A stretch of 64,000 nt of DNA. It comes from the human T2T-CHM13v2.0 reference genome, Homo sapiens. The notes under the pieces were generated by a model. It saw only the letters and a list, made by a program, of their open reading frames with translations, made no database searches and was not told the origin of the DNA. This document shows positions 48,921 to 64,000 of the stretch, piece by piece. The stretch lies in the NCBI RefSeq assembly GCF_009914755.1, contig NC_060934.1; one strand, 5' to 3'. Position 1 is the first letter of the stretch, and every line of letters begins with the position of its first letter. Made by a program: the position numbers and the translations under genes.

Positions 48921-49294
48921 TGATGCAGGGGTAAAAGAATTTACCAAGACAGTTGTAGATAATGAAAGGCAAATTTACTAGAGAAAGTATGAAACTATGT
49001 AGTGAGAAGGCAATGGGCAGGCCAGCAGAAGAGGAGCTGACTGCAAGGAAACAAAGGCTGACTGGAGATTTTATAGAATAATGCTTATGCTATATGCCGA
49101 AGAGGGCTTTGTGCAATACTAATAATGCAAGGTTGCAGTGAGCCAACTTGCAGGTGTCTGGTGATAAGCTGGGTGCACGAGGGGTACCTGTTCTGGGCCA
49201 TGAAGAAAGGCAGATTTGCGGCTTACCTGCCTCTTCTTTTTGCTTTCCTTTGCTCCCACCAGCCTGACTCCTTTTCCCTAATTAGGACTCCACA
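48921..49294 (-). mobile_element. ERV1 solo LTR (MER66-like)
   Basis: Reverse strand begins tgtggagtcctaattagggaaaaggagtcaggctgg and ends ...ggtaaattcttttacccctgcatca (TG...CA termini). Confidence 0.7.
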
Positions 49295-49592
49295 GGAGGA
49301 CAGGCTGGGAGAAATGTAGAGCCCCTGCCCTGTCCCAGAGAGGGAGGGAGGATCCCTTAACTTCCCTGCATGATTCCTCAACTTGCCCTGGTCCTGAGTT
49401 ACCACTGAGGGGTGTGACTGTGGCCCCTTGGGGCAGAAAGCTCCTCTGCTATCACATATCACAAAGTGGTTGCACCAGTTTGTTTAAAGGCACACATTCC
49501 CAAAGGACACTGGCTGGTGACAGTATAAATTGGCACTGCCTTTCTGAGATCAGTGTGGCAGCATATTAGAAAAGATCTTAGGATGTTAATTA

Positions 49593-50120
49593 CTGTGGTA
49601 GATGATGATAACGATGGCTCCGGTGAATCACACCTCCCTGTGTCCACACCCCTTGGCTTTGCGGTGCCACCCATCAACAGATGGAGTCTATTTCTACATC
49701 CTCTTGAGTCTGGGTTGGCCCTGGAGCTTGCTTTGGCCAACAGAGTGTGGCAGAAGTAACATGGTAGCATTCAGTAGTTTGGAGCTCAATGTGCCTTGCA
49801 GCTTCTGCTCTGGCCTCTTGGAGTCTTGGGACCGTGTAGTGCAGGGGCCTCTACTAACCTGCTGGAGGGAACGCGGCCATGTGGAGGAGAACCTCAGCCC
49901 GACCACCAGCCCCAATTGCCAGACATGTGAGTAAGGCCATCTGGAACCTTCTAGCCCAGTCGACCCTCCTGTGGAATGCAGCCTCATGAGTGACTCCAGA
50001 AGAAACCCTGCAAAGGATTTCTTCAGCCAACCCTCAGAATCATAAGAAGTAATTAATTGTTGTTTTAAATCACTAAGTTTGGGGGTGGTTTATTACCCTG
50101 CAAGAGCTAACTGAAATACA
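49593..50120 (+). mobile_element. MLT1F/G/H-like MaLR LTR
   Basis: tgtggtag...gatggagtctatttct...ttgctttggccaacagagtgtggcagaagt...ctaagtttgggggtggtt...ctaactgaaataca. Confidence 0.8.
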
Positions 50121-51805
50121 TACCTTTTGAATTAAGCAAATCCACTTTAGTAGTTTATACTTAGAAAATAAAAATCCAGAAAATAGCCCATGATTTAGGT
50201 ACAAAGGCATTCCTTATAGCATTGTTGTAATACAAAGCATCAGCGTGATTTTAGGTGCCTAACAGCAGGAATTAAACAGAATAGGGTAGATCTGTACACT
50301 AGACAATCATTACAAAGTTTTTGTTGAAGCAACCTAGTGGCAAGATTTCCAGAATATACTGTTAACTGGAAAACTAAAACAATTTTTTAAAGTATGCAAA
50401 TATGATCTATTAAAATATGCATATTCTAAATATATTTTAATGAAATTGATGGGTCCAAAAGCATATGCAACTTTGATCTGATAGTATAAACTCGCTCTCT
50501 AATGTGGATGTGATAATTCGTCTTCCTCCCAACACTGAGGAACCTTGCTGCTGCTTTCTGTCGCTGTTGCTGGTGGTAAAGGGCCCTTGACTGACACATT
50601 TGAGAGGCTGGTCAATCCATGCACAGAGCTGATATGAGTTAAGGCAAAGGAAGCTTCAACCTTTATTTCACTTAGCAGGATTCCCTGGTTTCTTGGCCAC
50701 CCAGAGACACCTTCTTGGGACTCATTTCTCATCCAACCGAAGGGGCCTGATGTGCTCCTGGACTCCTTTAAGGAGAGAGAAACTTTGGGTGCAGCATCAC
50801 GAATTGTAAGCAGGAAGCCAGGCTTCTGAGAGTCAGATGGAACTGCAGCTGGGAGCAGGGGGGTTGTCATTTGTCTGCCCTGAGCCACCAGAAAGGGTTC
50901 AGTGAGTCTTGAACACAGTGATTAACTTCTCTTTAATCTACGCATCACTGCACAGCACAGCCAATTGCTTGGCTTCCCCAATAAGAGTCATGAGTCACTC
51001 AATGTCTTAATGTGGACTGAGCACGTTTTATTCCAAGCAGGTGCGACTGTTCCTGTATGTGCCTTTGAGATACCTAGGAAATGAATAATGCTTGTTGTCC
51101 CCCTCCAACACCAACTGAACATTGAATCAATGGTTTACTATTTTAATAACAAGTGAATATTGCTCTAAGACTCCTTTTTTTTTTTTTTTTTGCTTGTTCA
51201 GTGCCAGAGGGATAGGTTCCCATTTCTTTTCCTGGCTGTTGGGTCACGGCTGAGGGTCCCTGGGATGTGGGGCATCTCCGTAAGTAACAGGAAGTATATT
51301 AACTCGTGGGTTAATTAAGAAAATCATTGACGAAACCACATGAGTGTGTGCTGTGCAAGCGACCCTTGGACTGCCATAGAGGCCAGGAATAGGGAGGGAA
51401 AATTGGACCCAGCTGTGGCCTGCTTAGCTCTTTTCTTCCAATGTGGGTCACTCCTTGAACTAGGACAGTCTGCAGGTGTTCCCATTGTGCTCAGACAAAC
51501 ACTCAACTCTTAACCCTTGAAAGAAAGAAGTAGGAACAAAGGCCTGCTCGGGCATGTTGGAGACGCAGAAATTGTGGAGGGAAAAGCAGCAGGCCCTTTT
51601 CACATGGTGGCTGCCTTATCCTCTCTTACTCTATTGTTCAATCTGTTCAACTTAGTTAAGAACCCATAGATCTAGATTCCACCCCCTCCTTCCCTACCAC
51701 TCTCTGGCTGGGTGACTTTTGGCAAATTTTCTATCTTTTCTGAGCCTCAGTTTCTCATCCTCACAGAACCATTGTGAACACAAAATGAGGGGCAGAATGG
51801 GGACA

Positions 51806-52253
51806 TGTGATAGGCAGAATAATGGCCCCAAAGACATCCTTGCTCCAATCCCCAGAACCTGGGAAAGTTAGCTTATGTGACAAATGGAGCTCTGCAAATA
51901 TGATGAAGTTAAGGATTTTGAGATGGGAAAATGATCCTAGATTATCCAGGTGGGCCCAATATACTCAAGGGGTCTTTATAAGAGGGAGGCACACACTCAG
52001 AGAGGCAGAAGGCAATGAGACTACCGAAGCAGAGATGAGAGTGATGTGGTCACAAGCTGGGGGATGCAAGCAGGCCCTAGAGGAACAGACTCTTCCCTAG
52101 AGTCTTGGAAGCAGCCAGCCCTGCTGACCTTGACTTTAGCCAAGTGAAACTGATTTTGGACTTCTGGCCTCCAGAACTGTAAGAGAATAAATTGGTATTA
52201 TTTTAAGCCATCAAGTTTGTGATTTGTTACAGCAGCTGCAGGAAACTAATGCA
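51806..52253 (+). mobile_element. MLT1C/D MaLR LTR
   Basis: tgtgataggcagaataatggcccc...ggacttctggcctccagaactgtaagagaataaa...ggaaactaatgca. Confidence 0.85.
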
Positions 52254-54678
52254 GGCTGATTTGTAAAGTCCTCCTGTGAAAATGGAAGAATCTCCTGCAA
52301 TGTAGCCAGAGCCAGGTGAGGCCCAAAGGGGTGGGTGTGCCTGATAAGCCAGGAACGTGTCAGCCTGCAGGTGTCCATTTGCATGAGCTTATTTGCAGGG
52401 TGCTGCCTGTGAGGCTGGATTATGCCTGCTGCCTGACCCGGCCTGGTCACCCAGATATGAGCCCAAGCCCAGTGAGGAGAGACTCCATGGACAGAGGTGA
52501 AGGAACTGTTCTCCAAAGGACTCTGACAGCTTGTGGGTACAAGCTGTGCTGCTTTGGGGCCCAGATGACAGGTGAGATGTGGAAGGGGGCAGGGACATTT
52601 GTTCCATGTCTGTTGCACACTTTATGGCATGGCTACAGCCGGATAGACACCACCTGATGTGTTCTGACACCCTGAAGTCTACAGACATCTCAAGACCACT
52701 AGCCGACCTCAATCTTGATCACTGCCCAGGTGGCAGTGGAGAAATGTCTTCCTGCAGGTAGCAGGCAGCACCAAGAGGTTTGAGCCAGAGATATGACGCT
52801 CCCCTGAAGATACCATTGCAGGTGGTTAAGCAAAAGCCACTGGCATTTGGATTAATGTGTGTTGGTGCCCACCCACAGATAAGGCCTTGGGACCCCCAGG
52901 CCACTGCAGGGCCTGCTTTTGGCATCCACCAAGGTTTCTCTCTGGGACACCTGTTCCCTATGGACCCACTGACCTGAGTCCCCAGCACAGACATGACCAC
53001 ACCTCCCATTTTGTAAGGAAATCATGTATGATTCTCTGGGACAAATGCTTTCCAGTTCTTATTACTCCTCCCTACCGCAACACGTATTCTGATCCACCTG
53101 GAGAGCCACGAAACTCGATGGCAAGTGGCAGGCCAGATGCCACCAGGCTTCTCCTTCTGGCCCTGTGTCTTCACTCTATCTTATTTTCTTGCTTCTTGCC
53201 ACTCTCTAGACTGATCTTGCTCATTTCTGGCTTGTTCATCATGACTCCACAAGAGCGTGGACTTTGCCTTTTCCCTCGTGGAACGCCTGGCTCTGACACA
53301 GCTGCACAACACATCACAGCACTCATATCTCAGTGAATTAATTAGTTGACGCCCCAAGCATACTGAGGGTGGAGGGCGGATGCCTGGGACTTGAAAGACG
53401 TGTGGCACATCTCCAGGTCCACTGCGCACTGGGCTGGAAGATTTCAGAAACGAGCTATGTGGAAACGGCACAGGAAGCCCACAGAGCGATTCTTCCGTTG
53501 CAGTGGCCTGAGGGAGGGTCAGTGGAAAGCTATGGGAGAAACTGACCTGGTCCTCCTGTCACATGACAGCTTCCTCTTCCCTGAGGGTGCTGGACAGACT
53601 GGGGATGGGGGAGGGAGGAGGAAGCAAGCGGGGTTTCTCCTTTGGGGTCTTTCTCTTCCTGCCTTCTCCTCCTTGGCCTCGTTTTGTAGCATCGTTACAG
53701 ACTGCATCTTCCGTCCCCACCGCCATCCTGCCTGTCCTCCCTTCTCAGGCTTGACTCCTCCAGCCAAGTGTTAAGAGTGTTCTGGAAAGTTCCTTCTGGG
53801 TCACCCAGTGCTTAAGAAAATCTCACAAGAGGATCTTAGCATCACTGTGTTTTCCATCTTGAATCATTCTGGTACTAAAATTTGTGGTACCAAGGTGGAA
53901 GGAGGAAGAAAAGGGGAAAGAAAGAGGCAGAGGACTTCTTCATTGATTCAAGGTTTTCTCTTTCTGGAAGTCAGTCCACAAAATCCCAACTGTTCTTGAT
54001 CTCTGAGACTCTCAAAGCCCTACATGGGTAATGCTTGTGTGTGATAGGAACCAATTTTTTTTCCCTAGTTCATCTTAGATGGACACTTGTATGAAGTACA
54101 AAGAAAAATGAGTAACTCAAAGATATACAAAATACAACCTCGCTCATGGCGCGTTTGTGTGTGGCAACACCCCAGTGCTCTAAAGGTTTCTAAATGCTTA
54201 CTCCCCATTTCTGCAGCTATCCCATTGAGCATGGACAATAACTGTCTGTGCACTGGTACCAGTCTGCGAACACACTTGGAGCTCACGGTATAGATTCATG
54301 GACAGACTGCCTGTTTAAGGCTAGAGTCCTGCAAGTGTTCTTTATTCTTTAGTATATGAATCTGCAGCCAAAGACTTCCTCAGTAGAGAAGGAAAAAGAA
54401 AAGCCACTCTGATGCTTTCCCACTCACCCTGGTCTTGCTACAGGGAAAAAGTGAGCTCCAACAAACAGAGGGTCACTAAGCCACTGTCTCCTTGGCAGCA
54501 GACAGAGAGGGGGCCCTGTTTGGTTGTCCAGGACTGTCAGAAAAGGGAGAAGCCACACTTCTGCCATGAGGGAACACTGGAGGTCATGTTGGGTGGGAAA
54601 CGGGGTGTGTCATGGTGCCCTCCACTGGTCCTGGCAGGGAAGCTGGCCCATGTGAGAGGAATGGTTACTGCCACATTA

Positions 54679-55049
<371 letters not shown>

Positions 55050-55409
55050 CTAGGATGGCTTGAGTGATTACTATGTGGTCGGCTCCCAAGGTGTCATCTT
55101 CAGCTACCCTATTTGGTTGTTGCCATTGTTATCATTGTCACTTCACAGATAAGGCAACTGGCCTCAAAGAGCCAGAGGGCCCAGCCAATGAGGTGAAGCT
55201 TGTGCATGGCAGCTGGGATCTAAACAGGGACCATCTGGCTTCAGGGCACCCTTATCTGCTGCATCAGGCCGCCTCCCAGGAACGTGAAAGGGGCTATTCA
55301 GGACGCTTTGGAAAAATATTCCCTAGCACAGGGCTCCCTGGAGTCAAAGGCCATCTCTGTGCATTGAAACTGTGTAAGAGCAAGAATTCAGCCACAGAAG
55401 TCACGTAGA

Positions 55410-55596
55410 GCAATAGTTCTCAAACTTGAGCATGCATCAGAATTACCTGGAGGGCTTGTAATCACACAGACTGCTGGCTCCCAACCCCGGCAATTCTGAC
55501 TCAGTAGGTCTGGGTGAGATGGGAGAATTTGCATTCAGCAAAGCAGCAGGTGATGTCGAGGCTGCTGGTCCCTGGCTCACACTTTGGGAGTCCCTG
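55410..55596. mobile_element. MER5A hAT-Charlie element
   Basis: caatagttctcaaacttgagcatgcatcagaattacctggagggcttg...tctgactcagtaggtctggg...cacactttg. Weaker MER5 pieces lie at ~39480-39620 and ~44700-44845. Confidence 0.8.
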
Positions 55597-56025
55597 GTGG
55601 AGAGACAGGCAGGACTGTGCTCTGGGACATGGTCTGAATAGGATTGTTACTCCCTGGGTGAGGCGGTCCTGAGGGGGTGCAGGTGAAAAGCCTGCTGATA
55701 GCTCCACTGTCCACTCCAGACATCCTCCCATCACCCCTTTGCAAATGACCAGTCTCTCTAAATGCAACACAGCCGTACTCAGCTTTGGGGCATGAGGGCT
55801 CAAAAGCAGATGCTCTGATACCTCTTGGACTATGTTGCTAGCCCCGTGCCAGGTGCAGATTAGATGTTTACTAAGTGCCCAAGTAGATTCTCTTCGATTA
55901 GCAAATCCTGTGAATTCCTAGATATCCCCTGGGTGGTAGAAAGAGCTGATACTTTTCCTCCTCCCGACATTATTTTACTTATTTTTAAAATTGGAGATGT
56001 ACTGACCCAGCTCAGAAGTGACAAG

Positions 56026-56758
<733 letters not shown>

Positions 56759-57187
56759 CATGGGAAGGCAATGGAAAATGAGATTCCACAGGGAAGTTGA
56801 AATTTTATGCAAGAGAATGAGTAAATCAACTCAGCACTCCTACAGCCCAGGCAGACAGGCTCTCAGTGCACTAGAATCTAACCTGCACACAGTGGGTGAC
56901 ACTGTGTTGTGACAGGCAATTGACTTCTGCCTGAAAAGTGAATTGCTCTGTGCAACAAAACAACATTAGACTTGACAGATGGCACTATTATTTTAGGACC
57001 CTCTTGGACCTGATCTTACTTTTTAGAGGGTCCACCTCATATCACAGCAAACATGTGAAAACTCAGCCCCTTCCATATTACATCTAACCTATTCTGTTGT
57101 CAGTTTTGAAAGGATTTTTTATAATTGTGCTTTTGGAATTATTTAGCTGTAAGAAATATTTAATGTATAACTGGCCATGATTCCTTA

Positions 57188-57519
<332 letters not shown>

Positions 57520-58949
57520 TTATGTGTGAATATTTAATTAAATATGTATTAATTTCAATGTTGTTATTTCTTATTTTAGAGCTAATAGATTTTTTTTTTC
57601 CTTCAGCGTTTAATCATGTCCAAAGGCTTGCAGGACCAGGCACTGGCTTTTTAGTGCCTACAGGTTAAAATATTCCTGCCACAGGTAGGGATGCTCTTCC
57701 GCAAATGCCTCAGCCTGGGCACTCTCCTGTGGAAGTCTGTGAAGCTCATTCCCTCCTTTCTACCAATTGTGAGCACAAGCGTCACCTTCACCATGAGGCC
57801 AGCCCTGGCCACACTCTCCCTTCCTTGGCCTCCCCAATCCACTTTACTCTGCTTGCCTTTGCCACCTTCAACAGATCATGACATGTACTCACTTATCATG
57901 TGTACTGTTTATTGTATGTCCCTCCCAGCCCAGCCCCACCTACTCCATTCAGATAGAACAGAAGCTGCAAGAGGACTCAGGGCTTTGTTTTTATCCCAGG
58001 TACCCAGAAACATGCCTGGCACTTAATAAATATTTGTTGGGTAGAAGTGCACATCTAATTGCAGCTAGGGGTCAAGATACTAAGTGGGGGCTTTTCCTTA
58101 TGTGACCTGAAGCCAAGGAAGGAGACAGAAGCTTCTCTTGCATAATAATATCTAGGAGAGCTGTTGGCCAAGCTTTACCTGGGGGGTGAGGAAGGTCTGG
58201 GTGTTGTTTCAGTGCCCTAACTGCCAGAGCTTGAACTCAAAACTGGGGTTGTGCAGGCAGGATGGCTTTAGTTGTGTGCAGGGAAGTCCAATTCAGGTAA
58301 ATGTCATCTGGTGCCTCCTTGAGCTAGATGGCCTAGTTGCCTCTGATGGCCAGATGGCAAGGAGGTAACAAAGGGAGTCATACTTCTGGAACATACTTCT
58401 GCAGTCTTCATGAAGTGCCCCTTCCCAGACTTGTTCTGTCCCTCATGTGCATAGAGTGTTGTTGAAATCGTCTATGTCGTATCTTCAAAAGTCACCATCA
58501 ATTTTCCCTCTGGGCCATTATATGTGCATTTGTTTTAATATCAATAATTATTTGTCCCCCACCTTTACTGTGTGTTCTTAATGTACCCCAGGCATACCAC
58601 CTGGAATCCTAGGTGGGCAGTGATGTTCTCAGCTGCTGGAAAAGCTCTGGACCCAAGGATTCTCCTAGAGAATCTCTGAGCTGGGTGCTCATGGCCTCAC
58701 TGAGAGCCTGTGGGGCTGAGGGAGACCCTGCCACTGAGCTCCAGGCACACCCACCAGGAATCCACAGAGCCCATGGTTCAATTTCCAGCTGCATCTTGTA
58801 CCGCATATGACAGGGAACATTTTCTGGTTTCCTCTGACCCCAAAATCAACCCATCCACAACTGGGAGGCATGGGAAAAGGGAGTAGTGGTGGCATTAAGA
58901 ACAAAAGAGAGACCCTAGTAACAACAACAATAATGTCACATTTGTATTA

Positions 58950-59185
58950 GTAATGATAGCTAAGATTCATTGACTTTACTACGTGACAGGCGCTGTGTTG
59001 AATACCTTATATACAACATTTTGTTTCATCTTTAAATAAACTTGTGATGTTCCAGGTTCTATTTTTAACTTCATTTTACAAATGAGGAAAAGGGGGCACA
59101 GAGAGATTAAGGAGCAGGCCCTAAGTCACACAGCTAAGCAGCAGCAGAGCCAGGATTTGATCCTGGGACTATCAGGCTGCAGAGC
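58950..59185 (-). mobile_element. MIR relic
   Basis: cattttacaaatgaggaaa...gagagattaag...gtcacacagctaag...gagccaggatttga. Confidence 0.75.
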
Positions 59186-60822
59186 TGCCAGTCACTGCCT
59201 TGCTGGAGACAAAGGCCCACCCTCGTCATCCAGCTGCAACTGTGCTTGCAGCTGGCTTTGAGCAAGGTAAGAGATACTGTGAGAAAGTCAGGAGCTTTGG
59301 AATGTTGATGGCTTCCTTGGGACTGTTGATATTAATAAAAAGCTACAGCCCATGACAGGATTTAAATTCATTCTGGCTGTCATTCACTCTGTCATTATAA
59401 GGGCAAAGAATCACTATCTTCCTGACAGGCCTAAGTTGGTCAATGTATTTAAAAGGCATTCTTGGTTAACTAAAGGACATTTTTGCCCTCTCTTCCTGAA
59501 TGAAAGGCCAATGAAGATGGTGTAGAAGAGTTATTTTATCCTAAGGAAAATAGAAAGTGATCCACTGGCAGTACAGGTGATGCCCACTAATGACATTTCA
59601 GAAAAGAGCCTTTGGCCTAATTGCTCCCCTCCACCCCCAAGCCTGTCCCACTGCCTGGAATCCTGCCATTAGAAATCTATTTAAAACAACATCAGAAGAC
59701 TGTGTGGTGGAGAAAAGAAGACAAATTGGCTAGACACTTTAGGACCCGAGGAATGACATGGTAGTGAGTTCCTTGGTCTTCTTTTTGTCTCCCATGTTCC
59801 AGAATGCACACTGGAGAAGCTGGCAACATGGAAATACCAATGGATGCAAACAAAGAAACTCCCAAGAAAAGCGGACTCTCTATAGCCAGAGGACCAGGGA
59901 AGGGGCAGCCAAGCAACACCGAAAACTCTTAGACAGCAGCCACTCTACTGCAGCCAGACTATAGGAAAAGCTGTGGCCCCACTACCACTCAAGCCAGCAA
60001 AGCTGAGTGGAAAGCTTAGATTTCCCCCATCAGCAGGCTGCAATGAGTTGCTCCAATTCCACCCGCCTCCACACACACACACACTGGGCTGCCTACAGAG
60101 CAGGCCAGGTGGGAGGATAGGACTTGCAGCAACAAACCCCTGACCCCTCGCCCCACCCACAATGTTGGTTGAGAACACCCAGGGAACCTGGACTTCCACT
60201 GCCATCCAGAGATGATGGGGTGCCGCTCCCCTTCCTTACTGGTGTGGTGTCAGAGGAAGGCTAATGGAGAGCTGGAACTTCCACTCCTGCTCAGCAGTAA
60301 CAAAAAGCTCCTCCCCTCTGGGTGTCAATGAAGGTCAAGTCGAGAACCTGGGATTCCACCCTTATCTAGCAGTAACAAAGTGACACACCTTGCCACGTGC
60401 CGCAGTGGTGTCACAGAAGACCTGCTAAAATACAAGGGTTAAATAAGTTCCAGAGTCTCATATCAAAATGTCCAGGTTTCGGTAAAAAATTACTAATCAT
60501 ACTAAGAACCAAGAAAATCTCGAGTTAAAAAAGACAATCAACAGACACCGACACTAAGATGACACAGATTTAGAATTATCTGACAAAGATTTTAAAACAG
60601 CCAGCATAAAAATGCTTCAACAAGCAATTGCAAACGTGCTTGGAATAAATTTTTAAAAACAGAAATTCTCAGCCCAGAAATAGAAGTTTCAACAAATAAA
60701 TAAAAGATTCAAAGAAGACCCAAATGGAAATTTTAGAGCTGAAAAATACAATAAGCAAAATTTAAAACTCTGTGAATGGATTCAAGAACAGAATGGAAAA
60801 GACAGAGAAAAGAATCATGATC

Positions 60823-60959
60823 TTGTAGTCCCAGCTACTCTGGAGGCTGAAGTGGGAGAATCAACTGAGCCTGAGAAGTCTAGATTGCAGTTAGCCATGA
60901 TCATGTAACTGCACTCCAGCCTAGGTGACGGAGTGAGAACCTATCTCAAAAAAAAAAAA
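60823..60959 (+). mobile_element. Alu right-arm fragment in L1
   Basis: tgtagtcccagctactc...A12; TSD aatcatgat. Confidence 0.85.
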
Positions 60960-61506
60960 TCATGATTTTGATAATAGAAACATAGAAATTACCCAAAAGA
61001 GAGAAAATAGACTGAAAAATAAACAGAGCCTAAGGGACCTACGGCACTATAACAAAAATATCGTTATATGTCATCAGAACCCCAGGAGGAGAGGGGAAAG
61101 AGAGTGGGGCAGAAAGGGACCAAAGAAATAATGACTGAAAATGTCCCTGATTTAGCAAAAGACATAAACCTAGATTCAAAAAGCTAGCTGAATGGACCCC
61201 AAATGGGATAAACTCAGAGTAATCCATGGCAAGAATCATCATAGCCAACTTCTGGAAACTAAAGACAAGTAAAATATCTTGAAAGCAGCTAGAGAGAAAT
61301 GATGCTTTACCTATGGAGGTGGGGGCGGAACAAAAAGCAAACAACAAACAAACAAACAAAAGCTGTATTTGAATGACAGCAGATTTTTCCATCAGAAACC
61401 ATGGAGGCCAGAAGGATGTGGCAAACATTTTTTCAAGTGCTGAAAGAAAAAAACCATCAACCTACAATTCTATATCCAGTGAAATACCTTTTAAGAATGA
61501 AGAGAA

Positions 61507-61877
<371 letters not shown>

Positions 61878-62200
61878 CTAAAAGAATAGCTAAAGGAAGT
61901 TCTCTAAACACAAAGAAATGATGAAGAAGAAATCTTGCATATTACACACCTATTAGAATAGCTAATATTTTAAAAACTGACAAGAACAAATACTGGTGAG
62001 GATGTGGAGAAACTGGATCTCTCCTATATTGCTGATGCAAGTGCAAAACGGTACAGCCACTCTGGAAAATGATTTTGCAGTTCCTTAAAAACTAAGCATA
62101 TGCTTACCATGTGACCCAGCAATTTCATTCTTGGGTGTTTATCACAGAAAAATGAAGGCTATGTTCCCATAAAAATCTGTACATTATTGTTCATAACAGC

Positions 62201-62514
62201 TTTATTTATTTATTTATTTATTTATTTATTTTTGATACAGAGTTTCACTCTTGTTGCCCAGGCTGGAGTGCAATGGCACGACTCAGCTTACTGCAACCTC
62301 CACCTCCCGGGTTCAAGCAATTCTCCTGCCTCAGCCTCCCGAGTAGCTGGGATTACAGGTGTGCAACACCACACCTAGCTAATTTTGTATCTTTAGTAGA
62401 TATGGGGTTTCACCATGTTGGCCTGGCTAATCTCAAACTCCTGACCTCAGATGATCCACCTGCCTTGGCTTTCCAAAGTGCTGGGATTACAGGCGTGAGC
62501 CACCGTGCCAGGCC
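62201..62514 (-). mobile_element. AluSq-like with (TTTA)n tail
   Basis: gagtttcactcttgttgccc; TSD cataa(c/t)agctttattt. Confidence 0.9.
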
Positions 62515-63938
62515 CATAATAGCTTTATTTGTAAAAGCCCTAAGCTGGAAACAACCAAAATGTCCCTCAACAAGTGAATGATTAAGCACACTGCAGTACA
62601 TCTGTACCATGGGATACTACTCAGCAATAAAAAGGAATGGACTATTAATACACACAACAACTTGGATAGCTCTGAAGATCAATCTCGAAAGGTTACATGC
62701 TATATGATTCCATGTACGTATCATTCTCAAAATGCCAAAACTATAGGGATACAGGATAGACATGTAGGACGTTAGTGGTTTCCAGGCGCTAAGGATGTTG
62801 GGGGATGGGGTGGGGAGGAGTGTTTGAGACTACAAAGTGTAGCACAAGGGAGATTGTTGTGGTGATGGACTAGTTCCACATCGTGATTGCATTGGTAGTT
62901 ACACAAATGTAACAAAATGGCATAGAGCTATACACCCACATTGTACCAATGTCAATTTTCTGGTTTTGCTATCGTAATATAATTGTGTAAGATGTAACCA
63001 TTGGGGGAAACTCGGTGAAGTGTACAGGGGGTCTCTTTGTACTATCTTTGCAACTTCCTATGAATCTTTATTTCAAAATAAAAAGCTTTTTGACAAATAA
63101 GTATTCAGAACATGATGTCCTTTTGTAAAATCTCTTAGCTTTATCTACAGGTGAATGTATCTGTGTGGAGAGGTATCTAGAAGGATGTTTACCTAGTTTT
63201 TGAGTGATTATTACTGAAAGGTGACATTGAGGAGTGATTTTCACTTTCTTCATATTCTATTCATTATTTGAGTTATTTTAATTTAACATCTAAAGTAGAT
63301 AAAAGGGCCCTGACAGACACTGGGAAGAGGGAGGGAAAATGGAAAGGACACATTCCATTTTGCCTTGGCCTGTGGTGGGCATGGACTATGGGTGATTGGA
63401 TGGATTTGAGGCCCAGAGCCCCAGGAGGGATTCTTGCCACTTTCATTATGAGATAGCCTCTCTGAAGAGCCCAGTACAGCACCAATTGCTTTCCTGATCA
63501 TTGATCAGGACAACTAATTTCCCAGGCAATTAACCTGCGTCATCCCCTCACCCCTCTTCACTATGCCCTTGAGAATGTCTCAGTTAATTAACTCAGATAA
63601 TTTCTAACTCTCACTTGAGCCAGCAATTCTTAAATTTAGTTTAAAACCCAAATTTAAAACAGACAATAGAGATCCTCCTGTCTTTTTAGACTGGTGGATA
63701 TTAACACTTCCAACTAGTAACAACACTAATAATGTAATCATAATTTTTTGATCCCCAGTGTGCTAAGTAATGTTACCAGCAACTCAATACATTATAAAAG
63801 GATCCTTTCATGCAGGTTAATTAGATAAACACATGGAAATCTGATGGCATTTTTCTTCATTTTGAAGAGCAAGGATTTGTTTTGATTTTCCCAGTGGGGA
63901 ATTTGTGTGTGCAGGATTATGATGTTAAGTTGAACTGT

Positions 63939-63940
<2 letters not shown>

Positions 63941-63982
<42 letters not shown>

Positions 63983-63990
63983 TGTGTGTG
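63941..63990. repeat. (TG)n microsatellite
   Basis: About 19 pure TG units, one interruption, then 5 more. Confidence 0.97.
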
Positions 63991-64000
63991 TTTCTGTTAA

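Noticed and set aside
59190-59275. Possible unannotated exon ending at CAAG|gtaaga
   Set aside because: Strong donor but no convincing polypyrimidine acceptor or partner exons; not supportable without RNA data.

Overview
This is primate, almost certainly human, genomic DNA. It is not a prokaryotic accessory region. Positions 58-40363 (+) carry nine coding exons that splice in frame into the C-terminal ~310 residues of BTBD16 (10q26.13), a germ cell-less/GMCL1-like BTB-BACK protein. They end in a TGA at 40361-40363 and an AATAAA at 40417-40422. The last intron is a non-canonical GC-AG intron. The haplotype encodes Gln318 and Pro439 where the reference protein, as I recall it, has Arg and His. 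The rest (~40.5-64 kb) is repeat-rich intergenic DNA, which from recalled gene order lies toward PLEKHA1/ARMS2/HTRA1. The window holds about 27 Alu pieces, nested L1 blocks, a Tigger3b, MaLR/ERV1 solo LTRs, MER DNA transposons, MIR/L2 relics, a U6 pseudogene and a terminal (TG)n. Nearly all ORFs in the supplied track are spurious. I found no convincing novel multi-gene system. The best leads are: (1) a possible C-terminal isoform switch at the weak GC donor (canonical tail, hydrophobic read-through tail, or +4 frameshifted tail); (2) a ~500-bp direct duplication bracketing two exons; (3) a U1-like site in the terminal exon; (4) a sharp retroelement polarity flip at the gene end. Repeat subfamily names, residue numbering and locus context are from memory and were not database-checked.
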